A stretch of DNA of 17,441 bases from an uncultured bacterium (GTDB taxonomy: Bacteria > Abyssobacteria > SURF-5): NCBI GenBank assembly GCA_964510165.1, contig CAZEBC010000073.1, forward strand, positions 1 through 17,441, given 5' to 3'. The notes beneath the pieces are model-generated. The model was not told the origin of the DNA and made no database searches. It worked only from the letters and a program-made list of their open reading frames with translations. Made by a program: the position numbers and the translations under genes. Below are positions 1-8,028 of this stretch, piece by piece. Within the stretch, counting starts at the first letter, position 1; every line of letters starts with the position of its first letter.

Positions 1-2
1 AA

Positions 3-104
3 TGCGGAGAGGAATGGATTGCGCTGAAAACCGCCTCAAAACTCGAAAGGCTAGTCGAGGACGCTCGCAAGAAGCGCCGCCAGATTGAAGTAATCGCGCT
101 CTGA
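3..104 (+). CDS. 3' end of a probable YgiT-type zinc-finger (MqsA-like antitoxin) protein, 5'-truncated by the window edge
   Basis: The frame from nt 3 reads CGEEWIALKTASKLERLVEDARKKRRQIEVIAL* (TGA 102-104). CGEE-aromatic followed by a short helix resembles the second CxxC knuckle and tail of YgiT-type proteins. The first half is outside the window. Confidence 0.5.
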   Translation, partial: CGEEWIALKTASKLERLVEDARKKRRQIEVIAL

Positions 105-122
105 CGCAAAGAGAGTTGAGCG

Positions 123-398
123 ATGAGCTATCAGCACAAAGAGCTTGCCGCCGGACGCTGGAAGCAGTTGCCGTTTGTCGAGCAAATGGCGCACATCAGC
201 GGCGAGGTCGAGCGTGCCCTTGAATTGATCGACCTCACGCTGGACAACGCGAAGAATATCAAGCGGCTGAAGGAAATAGCCCGCCCGCGCGAGGCTCTGG
301 CCGACTTCTTCGCAGGCTCAAACGAGTTCTCCTCGACTGCCGAGTCGTGGAGAAAGTACTTTTCCTTCTTCGCCTACGCCGCCCGCAAGGACTATTGA
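123..398 (+). CDS. Small conserved hypothetical helical protein (YQH-x-ELAAGRW type), possibly internally deleted
   Basis: 91-aa ORF starting 18 nt after the upstream stop. The N-terminus MSYQHKELAAGRW...FVEQMA and C-terminus WRKYF...YAAR resemble an uncharacterised family recalled from memory, not searched. Confidence 0.65.
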   Translation: MSYQHKELAAGRWKQLPFVEQMAHISGEVERALELIDLTLDNAKNIKRLKEIARPREALADFFAGSNEFSSTAESWRKYFSFFAYAARKDY

Positions 399-444
399 CG
401 GAATCCGAATCCTCTGACCTGCCTTCTATCTATACTTATGCGAC

Positions 445-478
445 TTGGACAACTCCATACTCTTGAGTATAATACTCA
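445..478 (+). promoter_or_regulatory. Putative sigma70 promoter of the 531..830 gene with an overlapping palindromic operator
   Basis: TTGGAC (445-450), 17-nt spacer, perfect TATAAT (468-473). The inverted repeat TGAGTAT-A-ATACTCA (464-478) covers the -10. Confidence 0.5.
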
Positions 479-530
479 TGAGAATATCTTCCTCGGCGCG
501 GCGTCGAGAAGAGACTAAAAGGAGCATCCT

Positions 531-830
531 ATGATATCAAGAGGCGATCTTGTGAAGGTGAGGCTGGTGGTTGGCGACGGGTCGGGAGCGGAACGTCTCA
601 CCGACCTGTTCGTGCTCGGACGGGTGATGAATTACTGCGAGGATGAGGATAGCTACATCATCGAGCCGAAGGCCTTGTCGATACCCAAGCAGCAGGTGAA
701 GGAGATTGAGACCCTGGCGAAAGACTTCGATTTCGATGACGTCTCGATGGAACTCAGCGTAGGTGACAAGAAGCGCGAGCGCGAAACCCCTCCCGACATA
801 ACCGGCATCCGCTTCTCACGCGGCCACTAG
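531..830 (+). CDS. Hypothetical protein, 99 aa
   Basis: Strong SD (AAGGAG) just before the ATG, its own promoter, and protein-like composition. Its stop overlaps the convergent pilT stop at CTAG 827-830. Confidence 0.7.
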   Translation: MISRGDLVKVRLVVGDGSGAERLTDLFVLGRVMNYCEDEDSYIIEPKALSIPKQQVKEIETLAKDFDFDDVSMELSVGDKKRERETPPDITGIRFSRGH

Positions 831-1885
831 CGAAACAGCGCCTTGTTGTTGGCGACCCGTCGGGCCGCCGAGGGAGTGATGGCACACTGCTGAACGAGAT
901 GGGTCAGGTGCTCGTCCAGCATCTGCATCCCATGCTTCTTGCCGGTCTCCATGAGCGAGACCATCTGCTCGATCTTGCCTTCCCGTATCGTATTCGATAT
1001 CGCCGACGTGCCCACCATTATCTCCGCCACCGCCACGCGCCCCTTCTCGTCGGCTCGTTTAAGCAATTGCTGCGCGACCACGCCCGTCAGCGCCTCCGCC
1101 AGCAGGGCGCGGATGCGGTTGCGCTCCTCGAACGGAAACACGTCAATGATTCGGTTCACCGTCTTGGCCGCGCTCGTCGTGTGCAATGTCCCGAACACGA
1201 GCGCCCCCATCTCGGCGGTGGTGAGCGCCATCGAGATGGTGTCAAGGTCGCGCATTTCGCCCACGAGGATTATGTCCGGGTCTTGCCTGACCGCCGAGCG
1301 GAGGGCCGCCTTGAAGCTGTGCGTGTGCAGGCCGACTTCGCGCTGCGTGATGAGCGAGCGGATATTCTTGTGAACGTACTCGATTGGCTCCTCGATGGTG
1401 ACAATGTGGCAATTGCGCTCGCGGTTGATGAGATCAATCATCGCGGCAAGCGTGGTGGTCTTGCCGCTTCCTGTAGGGCCCGTAACAAGGATGAAGCCCC
1501 TCGTCGAACGGGCCAGGCTCTTGACCCCCGACGGCAAGCCCAGTTCTTCGATTGACTTGATTTTTGTGGGAATCGTCCGAAGCACGATCCCCAGTCCCTT
1601 GGTCTGCCGATAGACATTCGTCCTGAATCGGGCGCATTCGGGCACCTCATACGCGAAGTCGAGGTCGCCCGACCGCTCGAAGCGGCGAATCTGCTCGTCG
1701 GTCATGATTTCATAGATGATCTTCCGGGTGAGATCGGTGGAGAGGACCGAACTGTCGCCGCTGCCGTGCTCGAGCGCATACAGGTCGCCGTGCACGCGCA
1801 TCATCGGCTTGGAGCCCGACGCCAGCATCAGGTCCGACCCGTCATGCTCGACCATGAACCTGAGGAACTTATCTATCTGAGCCAC
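827..1885 (-). CDS. pilT: Type IV pilus retraction ATPase, PilT family (copy A)
   Basis: Walker A GPTGSGKTT, Asp box TIEEPIE, Walker B DPDIILVGEMRD, His box GTLHT, and AIRNLIRE-like AISNTIRE. GTG start with an AGGAG SD upstream. Confidence 0.93.
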   Translation of the reverse strand: MAQIDKFLRFMVEHDGSDLMLASGSKPMMRVHGDLYALEHGSGDSSVLSTDLTRKIIYEIMTDEQIRRFERSGDLDFAYEVPECARFRTNVYRQTKGLGIVLRTIPTKIKSIEELGLPSGVKSLARSTRGFILVTGPTGSGKTTTLAAMIDLINRERNCHIVTIEEPIEYVHKNIRSLITQREVGLHTHSFKAALRSAVRQDPDIILVGEMRDLDTISMALTTAEMGALVFGTLHTTSAAKTVNRIIDVFPFEERNRIRALLAEALTGVVAQQLLKRADEKGRVAVAEIMVGTSAISNTIREGKIEQMVSLMETGKKHGMQMLDEHLTHLVQQCAITPSAARRVANNKALFR

Positions 1886-1902
1886 CGCAGCTCACTCCTA
1901 TA

Positions 1903-2015
1903 GTCATTGCGAGGGTTCCCGCGCCTCGCGGGACGCCGAAGCAATCCCGATACAGGGAGGGGACCATCGTACCGAGATTGCTTCGGTCGGAACTTCGTTC
2001 CTTTCTCGCAATGAC
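1903..2015. repeat. 113-bp palindromic GTCATTGCGAG...CTCGCAATGAC element, copy 1 (CGTC-type/RPE-like REP or MITE)
   Basis: 11-bp perfect terminal inverted repeat and three internal hairpins. A second 113-bp copy is at 10031-10143. Confidence 0.9.
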
Positions 2016-2033
2016 GGTGGTTTTGCAGCGGAT

Positions 2034-2089
2034 TCACCCTGAACCCTAAACCCTGGACTCTGAACTCTAAACCCCAAACCCTAGACCCC
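2034..2089 (+). repeat. Degenerate heptamer tandem array (consensus RAACCCT), about 8 units
   Basis: tcaccct gaaccct aaaccct ggactct gaactct aaacccc aaaccct agacccc. Confidence 0.85.
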
Positions 2090-3157
2090 GACCCCCTTGC
2101 CGCCCAGCAAGCTCAGGAAGCGCTCCCTATCAACCACTTTCTCCAGCGCGTGCTTGGGGTCAATCAGTCCCTGCTGATACAGCGCGATGATATGGTCGTC
2201 CATCAGCAGCATCCCGTGCTTCCTGCCGGTTTGCATCAATGACGGAACCCGATATGTGTTGCCCTCGCGGATCAGATTCGCCAGCGCCGTCGTGCGAAGC
2301 AGTATCTCGAGGGCGAGCACCCGGCCCGTGCCCTGCACGTTTCGGACGAGTTGTTGTGAGATGACGCCGGCCAGCGATTCGGACAACATCGTGCGTATCT
2401 GCGCGATCTGGTCGGGCGGAAACACATTGATGATTCGCTCGATCGTTTTGGCCGCGCTCCGCGTGTGGAGCGTGCTGAATACAAGGTGGCCGGTCTCGGA
2501 CGCCGTTATCGCCATCGCGATTGTCTCAAGATCGCGCATCTCGCCCACCAGGATGACGTCGGGGTCCTCGCGCAGGGCCGCCCTCAACGCGCTCGCGAAA
2601 CTGCGCGTGTGCACGCCCACCTCGCGCTGGTCTATGTGCGAAAGCCTGCTCTTGTGGACGAACTCGACCGGGTCCTCGATGCAGATTATGTGGCGGCGCG
2701 ATTCCCGATTGATCAGGTCTATCAGCGCGGCGAGCGTAGTCGACTTGCCACAGCCCGACGGACCGGTCACCAGCACCAGCCCCTGATGAAGCCGCGTCAG
2801 GTTCCGGGCGGCCTCCGGCAGACCCAGTTCTTCGACCGTCCGGATTCTCGACGGGACCACCCTGAACGAGGCCGAAAGCCCGCGCTCCTCGAAGTGCATG
2901 TTCACGCGAAACCGCCCGAGCGCCTCCACGGTGTACGAGATATCTATCTCCAGATTGCGCTCCAAGTCGTCGATCTGTCGCGTATTGAGAATCTCGTACA
3001 GGCGTCGCTTGTTGTCATCGGGCGAGACCTCCGCGTGCCCGGGCAGCGGATGTATCTCACCCCACAGTCGGATCATCGGCGCCGTGCCCGAGCAAAAATG
3101 GATGTCCGACGCGCCTCGCTTCATGGCCTCGGCCAGAATTCTGTCGAGTTCCGCCAA
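2081..3157 (-). CDS. pilT: Type IV pilus retraction ATPase, PilT family (copy B); start revised to TTG at 3157
   Basis: Walker A GPSGCGKST, CIEDPVE, ALREDPDVILVGEMRD, STLHT and ALANLIRE. AAGGAG lies 7 nt before the TTG at 3157, giving an N-terminus (M)AELDRIL that aligns with MAQIDKFL of copy A. Confidence 0.93.
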   Translation of the reverse strand: MAELDRILAEAMKRGASDIHFCSGTAPMIRLWGEIHPLPGHAEVSPDDNKRRLYEILNTRQIDDLERNLEIDISYTVEALGRFRVNMHFEERGLSASFRVVPSRIRTVEELGLPEAARNLTRLHQGLVLVTGPSGCGKSTTLAALIDLINRESRRHIICIEDPVEFVHKSRLSHIDQREVGVHTRSFASALRAALREDPDVILVGEMRDLETIAMAITASETGHLVFSTLHTRSAAKTIERIINVFPPDQIAQIRTMLSESLAGVISQQLVRNVQGTGRVLALEILLRTTALANLIREGNTYRVPSLMQTGRKHGMLLMDDHIIALYQQGLIDPKHALEKVVDRERFLSLLGGKGVGV

Positions 3158-3233
3158 TCCGTGTCTCCTTCGGGACGCTTCTTGTGACGGTGTGGGATGG
3201 AACTTGTGAATGGTGTCAACGGGCAGCAATAAA

Positions 3234-3263
3234 CTTATAACATATGTCCATCGCGCTTTGCAA
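3234..3263 (-). promoter_or_regulatory. Putative promoter for the pilT pair
   Basis: Minus strand TTGCAA, 18 nt, TATAAG with an extended TG, in an AT-rich patch about 75 nt upstream of the start. Confidence 0.4.
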
Positions 3264-3276
3264 GTCCCGCTCCGTT

Positions 3277-3299
3277 GTGCTGAATGAATTCGCACCTAC
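3277..3299 (-). repeat. GTAG-type REP-like hairpin
   Basis: The minus strand reads GTAG-GTGCGAAT-TC-ATTC(A)GCAC: a GTAG tetranucleotide followed by an imperfect palindrome. Confidence 0.55.
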
Positions 3300-3322
3300 A
3301 CATACGGGGCGGTCTCGCAGGT

Positions 3323-4075
3323 CTATTTCAGCGCGGTCAGACTCCTCAGGAACCTGGCCGACTTCATCTCTCGGCCGGTGTGATGCGCAATGTAAACATT
3401 GATCGCATTCATTATCTCGTGTTCCGATGGCGCGGGCAGCCGTATGCGCTCAAGCATCTGCCACTCCGAATCGCCGAGCCGCTGCATCATTCTGAGCGAG
3501 CCTGCCGAGATGGGCTCTCCCAGCCCGGCGCTGCACTTTGAACAGATCGCGCCGCCCAAGGCCGCATGCAGGTGGGCGCGCCCGTGCAAGCCGCCCTTGC
3601 AACGCCCGCAGCGTTCGGTCTCGGGCATCAGCCCGGCGATATCGAGCATCCTCAGAAAATACGCGATCAGCAGGCTCCCGTAGTTTTTCGCCATGCCCGA
3701 CAGCGTCTTGAGGGCGATCAGCAAGGTGACGAATGAGCGCGTGGACTCCTCGTTTTCCTGGACGAACTGCTCGGCGAGTTCGCACATGACCGACGCCAGC
3801 CCCAGCCGCGTGAGGTCCGAGCGGACGGCGGGGAATGCGTCGCGAGTCTCGGCCTGCGAGAGGGTTTGCAGGTCGCGTCCCTCCTTGAAGTGCACCTGCG
3901 CCTCGACGTGGGTCATCGGCTCGAGCGCGCTGCCAAACTTGCTCTTGGTGCGCCTCACTCCCTTGGCGACGGCGCGCACCTTGCCCCGTTGCGGTGTAAG
4001 CAACACCACGATCTTGCTCGATTCCGTGAGGTTATATGTATGCAGCACTATGGCTTCGGATTTCTCGGCGGACAT
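3323..4075 (-). CDS. recO: DNA repair protein RecO
   Basis: N-terminal OB fold (AIVLHTYNLTESSKIV, GKVRAVAKGVRR..SKFGSALEP) and C4 zinc motif (CGRC...CSKC); 250 aa. Confidence 0.95.
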   Translation of the reverse strand: MSAEKSEAIVLHTYNLTESSKIVVLLTPQRGKVRAVAKGVRRTKSKFGSALEPMTHVEAQVHFKEGRDLQTLSQAETRDAFPAVRSDLTRLGLASVMCELAEQFVQENEESTRSFVTLLIALKTLSGMAKNYGSLLIAYFLRMLDIAGLMPETERCGRCKGGLHGRAHLHAALGGAICSKCSAGLGEPISAGSLRMMQRLGDSEWQMLERIRLPAPSEHEIMNAINVYIAHHTGREMKSARFLRSLTALK

Positions 4076-4108
4076 GGTCTCTCACAGGACGGCAAAGCCG
4101 CAAGCAAA

Positions 4109-4186
4109 CCCCCTCGCCCTGCACCCTCCCCGGGGAAAGGAAAACTTAAATGCGCCCTCTCACAGAAAGAGAGGGTTGGGGAGGGG
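4109..4186. repeat. Degenerate CCCTCACCC/CCCTCTCCC-type palindromic element (double unit)
   Basis: cccctcgccctgcaccctccccggggaaagg ... ccctctc-acagaaa-gagaggg-ttggggagggg; related to the cleaner copy at 6832-6877. Confidence 0.6.
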
Positions 4187-4335
4187 CGCCGTTCGGATAA
4201 TCCTGTAATTCATTGTAGCAATTCGGGTTAGGAATTTCAAGCACGAGAGGATTGTGAATACGTAGTAGTACCTATGGAAGATTGGGCAGCATCCCGCATC
4301 GCATGAGCCGAAGCCAGCCAACATACTTTCATAAG

Positions 4336-4551
4336 ATGGATTCATGGGCCCAGTTGGTCGCGATTAGAAAACCGAGCGAGTGTCCACAAGCGCTGATAGA
4401 CCAACTGAAGGCGCGTATCTCCGAACTGAAGGCGGGACAGGAGGCTGGGGAGCAGGCGCGTGTCCAGGAAGAGAAACCTGTCGAGCGACAAGTGGGACCG
4501 TCGGCGGCCGATCGTGAGGCTGGCGGCGATTCTCCACTCGGGGCGTCATAG
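4336..4551 (+). CDS. Possible small hypothetical protein (about 71 aa; start uncertain)
   Basis: Open frame with an amphipathic helix ALIDQLKARISELKAG and a charged disordered tail. It fills the recO-typA gap and is followed by a bidirectional terminator. No clear SD. Confidence 0.35.
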   Translation: MDSWAQLVAIRKPSECPQALIDQLKARISELKAGQEAGEQARVQEEKPVERQVGPSAADREAGGDSPLGAS

Positions 4552-4639
4552 TGGCAGGCCTCAGACGGGGTCCGGCAGACGGTTCATGGGCCTGGCCGGC
4601 CCCCCGCGAGGCCAGTCCTTGCATATCGATGTCGAGCCT

Positions 4640-4688
4640 AAACAAAGGCCGCTCAGGTGTTATCCTGCGCGGCCTTTCCTTTGTTTTC
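4640..4688. terminator. Likely bidirectional intrinsic terminator downstream of typA
   Basis: Stem AAAGGCCGC-t-CAGG (4644-4657) / CCTG-c-GCGGCCTTT (4664-4677), with an A-rich left flank and a T-rich right flank. Confidence 0.7.
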
Positions 4689-4706
4689 GCGAATGTAGGG
4701 CATTCC

Positions 4707-6530
4707 TCACGCTGTCTGGCATTCCTGCTGTCTTGCCTTCGGCCTCTTGTTCGCCTGGAGGACCGCCTTTCTCATCCTTATGGAGAGGGGCGTCACTTCG
4801 ACCAGTTCATCTTCTTTGATGAATTCGATGGACTGCTCCAGCGTCAGTATCTTCGCCGGGACAAGCGGCAGCGCTTCATCGGAGCCGGCGGCCCGCATAT
4901 TGGTCAACTTCTTTTCTCTGATGACATTGACTTCCAAATCATTGCTTCTCGAATGTTCGCCCACGATCATGCCTTCGTACACGGAGGTGTTCTCCCTCAC
5001 GAAAAGAGTCCCTCTCGATTGCAGGCGAAACAGCGAGTATGTCGTCGCCTTGCCGTGCCTGTCGGCCACCAGCGCGCCGGTCTGCCGCTTGGACATTGGG
5101 CCGTGCCACGGCTCGTAGCCGTCAAACAGATGATTCAATAGTCCGGTGCCCCTGGTATCGGTCAGGAACTGAGACCTGAAGCCGATCAGGCCTCTGGAGG
5201 GTATTCTGAATTCCAGCCTCACCCGCCCGCGGTCATCCGTCCGCATCTTCTGCATGCGACCCTTTCTCGCGCCAACCTGCTGAGTCACCACGCCGACAAA
5301 CTCTTCGGGGACATCCACAATCAGTAATTCCATCGGTTCATGCACGACCCCATTGATTTGCTTCGTGATGGTTTCGGGCATCGAGACGGACAGTTCATAC
5401 CCTTCCCTTCGCATCATTTCTACCAGGATGGCAAGCTGCAGTTCGCCGCGCCCGCTCAATTTGAAGGCGTCGTTACTGGAGAAGTCCGCCGATATCGAGA
5501 CATTGTGCAGAAGTTCTTTCTCGAGCCGTTCCCTGATCTGTCGGGAGCTCACAAACCTGCCTTCTCTTCCCCCGAAGGGCGAATTGTTGACCGAGAACAT
5601 CATGGATATGGTCGGGTCATCCACCTTTATCCGGGTCAACGCCCTGGGGGTCTCCTTATCGGTAACCGTGTCGCCGATGCTGACCCCGTTCAGCCCCGCG
5701 AGCGCCACTATCTCGCCAGCCGAGGCGGTGTCCGTTTTGACCTTCTTGAGGTCACGGAACGTGTGGATGGACGTTATCTTGGTTGTCGTGGTATTGCCAC
5801 CGCTACCGACAATGGCCACCTGGTCGCCGACACTTACTGTCCCCGAGAATATGCGCCCGATCGCGAGTCTGCCGACATAATCGTTGTAGTCAATGTTTGC
5901 AACCAGCAATTGGAGGACGCCGTGCTTATCGCCGGCCGGCGCCGGGATCGTGTTGATCAACAGGTCGAATAGAGGCTTCAGGTTGGATGATTCCCGGTTA
6001 ATATCCAAAGTGGCGCTTCCCGCCCTGGCGTTTGTGTACACAATGGGGAAGCCCGATTGCTCATCTGTCGCGTCAAGGTCAATGTAAAGTTCATAAACCT
6101 CGTTTATCACTTCCGTGATCCGCGCGTCGGGCCGGTCGATCTTGTTGACGACCAATATGGAGGGCAGGTTAAGCTCCAGCGCCTTCTTGAGGACGAACCT
6201 GGTTTGCGGGAGCGGGCCTTCCGAGGCGTCCACCAGGAGCAGCACGCCGTCCACCATCTTCATGGTCCGCTCGACTTCGCCTCCGAAATCGGCGTGGCCG
6301 GGAGTATCCACGATGTTTATCTTCACGCCGTTGTACTCGACCGCGGTATTCTTGGCCATTATGGTGATCCCCTTCTCCCTTTCGAGGTCCAGGTTATCCA
6401 TGACCCGCTCGGCTATCGTCTCGTTATCCCGAAAATGGCCGGCCTGCCTCAACATGCCGTCAACGAGCGTCGTCTTGCCGTGGTCTATATGGGCGATTAT
6501 GGCGATGTTCCTTATGTCGTTACGCTTCAT
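4707..6530 (-). CDS. typA: Ribosome-associated translational GTPase TypA/BipA
   Basis: [88 protein letters not shown]; 607 aa; GAGGA SD. Confidence 0.98.
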   Translation of the reverse strand: MKRNDIRNIAIIAHIDHGKTTLVDGMLRQAGHFRDNETIAERVMDNLDLEREKGITIMAKNTAVEYNGVKINIVDTPGHADFGGEVERTMKMVDGVLLLVDASEGPLPQTRFVLKKALELNLPSILVVNKIDRPDARITEVINEVYELYIDLDATDEQSGFPIVYTNARAGSATLDINRESSNLKPLFDLLINTIPAPAGDKHGVLQLLVANIDYNDYVGRLAIGRIFSGTVSVGDQVAIVGSGGNTTTTKITSIHTFRDLKKVKTDTASAGEIVALAGLNGVSIGDTVTDKETPRALTRIKVDDPTISMMFSVNNSPFGGREGRFVSSRQIRERLEKELLHNVSISADFSSNDAFKLSGRGELQLAILVEMMRREGYELSVSMPETITKQINGVVHEPMELLIVDVPEEFVGVVTQQVGARKGRMQKMRTDDRGRVRLEFRIPSRGLIGFRSQFLTDTRGTGLLNHLFDGYEPWHGPMSKRQTGALVADRHGKATTYSLFRLQSRGTLFVRENTSVYEGMIVGEHSRSNDLEVNVIREKKLTNMRAAGSDEALPLVPAKILTLEQSIEFIKEDELVEVTPLSIRMRKAVLQANKRPKARQQECQTA

Positions 6531-6570
6531 AAATCCTCATCGGAATCATGCTTGCTGACAAAATAAAGCG

Positions 6571-6600
6571 AAAACCCCGCACCGAGTGAGCCGATGCGGG
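6571..6600 (-). terminator. Second terminator-like hairpin (T2) in the typA leader
   Basis: Minus strand CCCGCAUCG-gcucacu-CGGUGCGGG followed by GUUUUCGCUUUAUUUU. Confidence 0.55.
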
Positions 6601-6630
6601 AAGAGCCGACCGATATCCTCGAAGGCAAAT

Positions 6631-6670
6631 AAAAAAAGGCCCGAAGAGTTCACAAAAACTCTTACGGGCC
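6631..6670 (-). terminator. Strong intrinsic terminator (T1) inside the typA 5' leader
   Basis: Minus strand GGCCCG-u-AAGAGUU-(loop)-AACUCUU-CGGGCC followed by U7; a 13-bp stem with one bulge. Confidence 0.85.
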
Positions 6671-6724
6671 AAACCGAATTTTCTCAACTCGTTTGTTGCT
6701 TCTTAAGAGTCTAACTCTGCAATC

Positions 6725-6753
6725 ACTCTACCATATATGAACATTATTGTCAA
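6725..6753 (-). promoter_or_regulatory. sigma70 promoter of typA
   Basis: Minus strand TTGACA, 17 nt, TAGAGT with an extended TG (TGgTAGAGT); predicted start near 6718. Confidence 0.75.
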
Positions 6754-6831
6754 GCAGATGTGGAAAGCGTGCGCGACGTGCGTCGTCTGCACCACTAAGC
6801 GTCAGTTTCTTGAAATTCCGCCGTGATTTTC

Positions 6832-6877
6832 TCCCTCACCCCAACCCTCTCCCGGTGGGAGAGGGCAGGGTGAGGGA
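6832..6877. repeat. CCCTCACCC/CCCTCTCCC-type palindromic element
   Basis: TCCCTCACCC-caa-CCCTCTCCC-ggt-GGGAGAGGG-ca-GGGTGAGGGA; two nested perfect stems of 10 bp and 9 bp. Confidence 0.85.
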
Positions 6878-6950
6878 ACTTCGGTTGCGGCTATACCGCG
6901 CTGGGCCTCTGCGCTTAAATCGGCCTATTCTTTCGGCGGCCACACGCAGG

Positions 6951-7886
6951 CTACAGCAGATACTGAGCGATGTATCTCAGGGCGAGGAAGAGGACCATGA
7001 CCGCAAGGCCCGCCTTTATGGCTTTCTCGGGAACGAACCGCTGGAGCCGCGCCCCGCAATACACGCCGAAGAATCCCCCCAGCCCGAAGAGGAACCCGAG
7101 CAGCCAGTCGGGCGCTATCGCAAGGCCGCTTTCGGCGTGCCAGACGGACATCCCATAATAGATGAGCGCGCCGGCGATCGAGGTGACGAACGTGCCAAGG
7201 AGCGTCACGCCCGCGATCGTATGCACCGGCAGGCCAATAAACGTCACTAGAAACGGCGCGATGATTGCGCCGCCGCCGATACCGTAGATGCCGCCGACCA
7301 CGCCGATCACCAGCGATAGGAACAAGACGGCCGCGGGCGCAAAGCTGTATGTCTTTCCATTGTAGCTGTAGAGCACCTCGCGCAGGCTCAGCGACACCGT
7401 GGCCACCCTACCAACGGCGCGCGAGCCGCCGGACTCGCGCGCGGCGCTTCCCGCCATTTCACCTGTGGCGTTGCGAGTGAGCGCCGCCTTTCCACGCACC
7501 AGGTCCGCGCACAAACGGTACCCGATATACAGCATCACCAAGCCGACGAAAAGCTTGAACGAGCGCGCGTCGGGCAGATAGTTCACCCTGACGACCGCCC
7601 CGACGAACACGCCGGGCAGCGTCCCGAGAATGATTATCCACGCGAGCGGCCACGCCATCTTGCCTTCCTTGATATACCGATACACGCCGCCCGGGATCGC
7701 GACGATATTGAACACCAGATTGGTGGGACTCACCGCCGGGCTTGTAAACTTGAGCACGCTCACCTGGAACGGCAAGAGCAGGAACGCGCCCGACACGCCG
7801 CCCATGGATGTGAACAGGGAAATCGCAAACGACACAGCCACAGGGACCAGCGGGTTCACCTCGACGCCCGATACCGGAAAGTACAT
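6951..7886 (-). CDS. TSUP family (sulfite exporter TauE/SafE) membrane transporter; start revised to ATG at 7886
   Basis: Multiple hydrophobic helices with the duplicated Gly-rich motifs SMGGVSGAFLLLP and GGIYGIGGGAIIAP. A GAGGA SD lies 7 nt before MYFPVSGVEVNP. Confidence 0.9.
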   Translation of the reverse strand: MYFPVSGVEVNPLVPVAVSFAISLFTSMGGVSGAFLLLPFQVSVLKFTSPAVSPTNLVFNIVAIPGGVYRYIKEGKMAWPLAWIIILGTLPGVFVGAVVRVNYLPDARSFKLFVGLVMLYIGYRLCADLVRGKAALTRNATGEMAGSAARESGGSRAVGRVATVSLSLREVLYSYNGKTYSFAPAAVLFLSLVIGVVGGIYGIGGGAIIAPFLVTFIGLPVHTIAGVTLLGTFVTSIAGALIYYGMSVWHAESGLAIAPDWLLGFLFGLGGFFGVYCGARLQRFVPEKAIKAGLAVMVLFLALRYIAQYLL

Positions 7887-7964
7887 GTTGAGGTCCTCAA
7901 ACTGCACGCCATGTCTCACACAACGCGGAGGCGGAGTTTTCTCGCGAGATATTCACGCTCATAT

Positions 7965-8002
7965 CGGGGACATCCCGCGCGTCGCGGGACATGGTGTCCC
8001 CG
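7965..8002. repeat. Hairpin containing the TCCCGCG-N3-CGCGGGA module
   Basis: CGGGGACA-TCCCGCG-cgt-CGCGGGA-catgg-TGTCCCCG; the inner stem is identical to 1917-1933. Confidence 0.6.
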
Positions 8003-8028
8003 CCATAAGCGCGCCACCGGACATTAAA

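Noticed and set aside
2041..2082. AAACCCT units resemble the plant telomere repeat (CCCTAAA)
   Set aside because: The array is short, degenerate and internal in an unambiguously bacterial context; this is coincidence, not a telomere or contamination.
3158..3295. 46-aa N-terminal extension of pilT-B in the ORF track
   Set aside because: It spans a promoter and a REP-like hairpin; a TTG with a good SD at 3157 gives an N-terminus matching the paralogue.
4160..4345. 61-aa Cys/Tyr-containing minus-strand ORF
   Set aside because: No SD or known motif, and it ends inside a palindromic repeat.
4707..6530. typA looked locally lower in GC, suggesting horizontal acquisition
   Set aside because: Spot counts of two 60-nt lines gave about 45% and 62% GC, so there is no consistent signal without a proper codon-usage analysis.
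6520..6687. 55-codon TTG-initiated minus-strand frame crossing both typA leader hairpins and ending just inside typA
   Set aside because: No SD, a weak start codon and a length attainable by chance; not supportable as a leader peptide without conservation or ribosome profiling.
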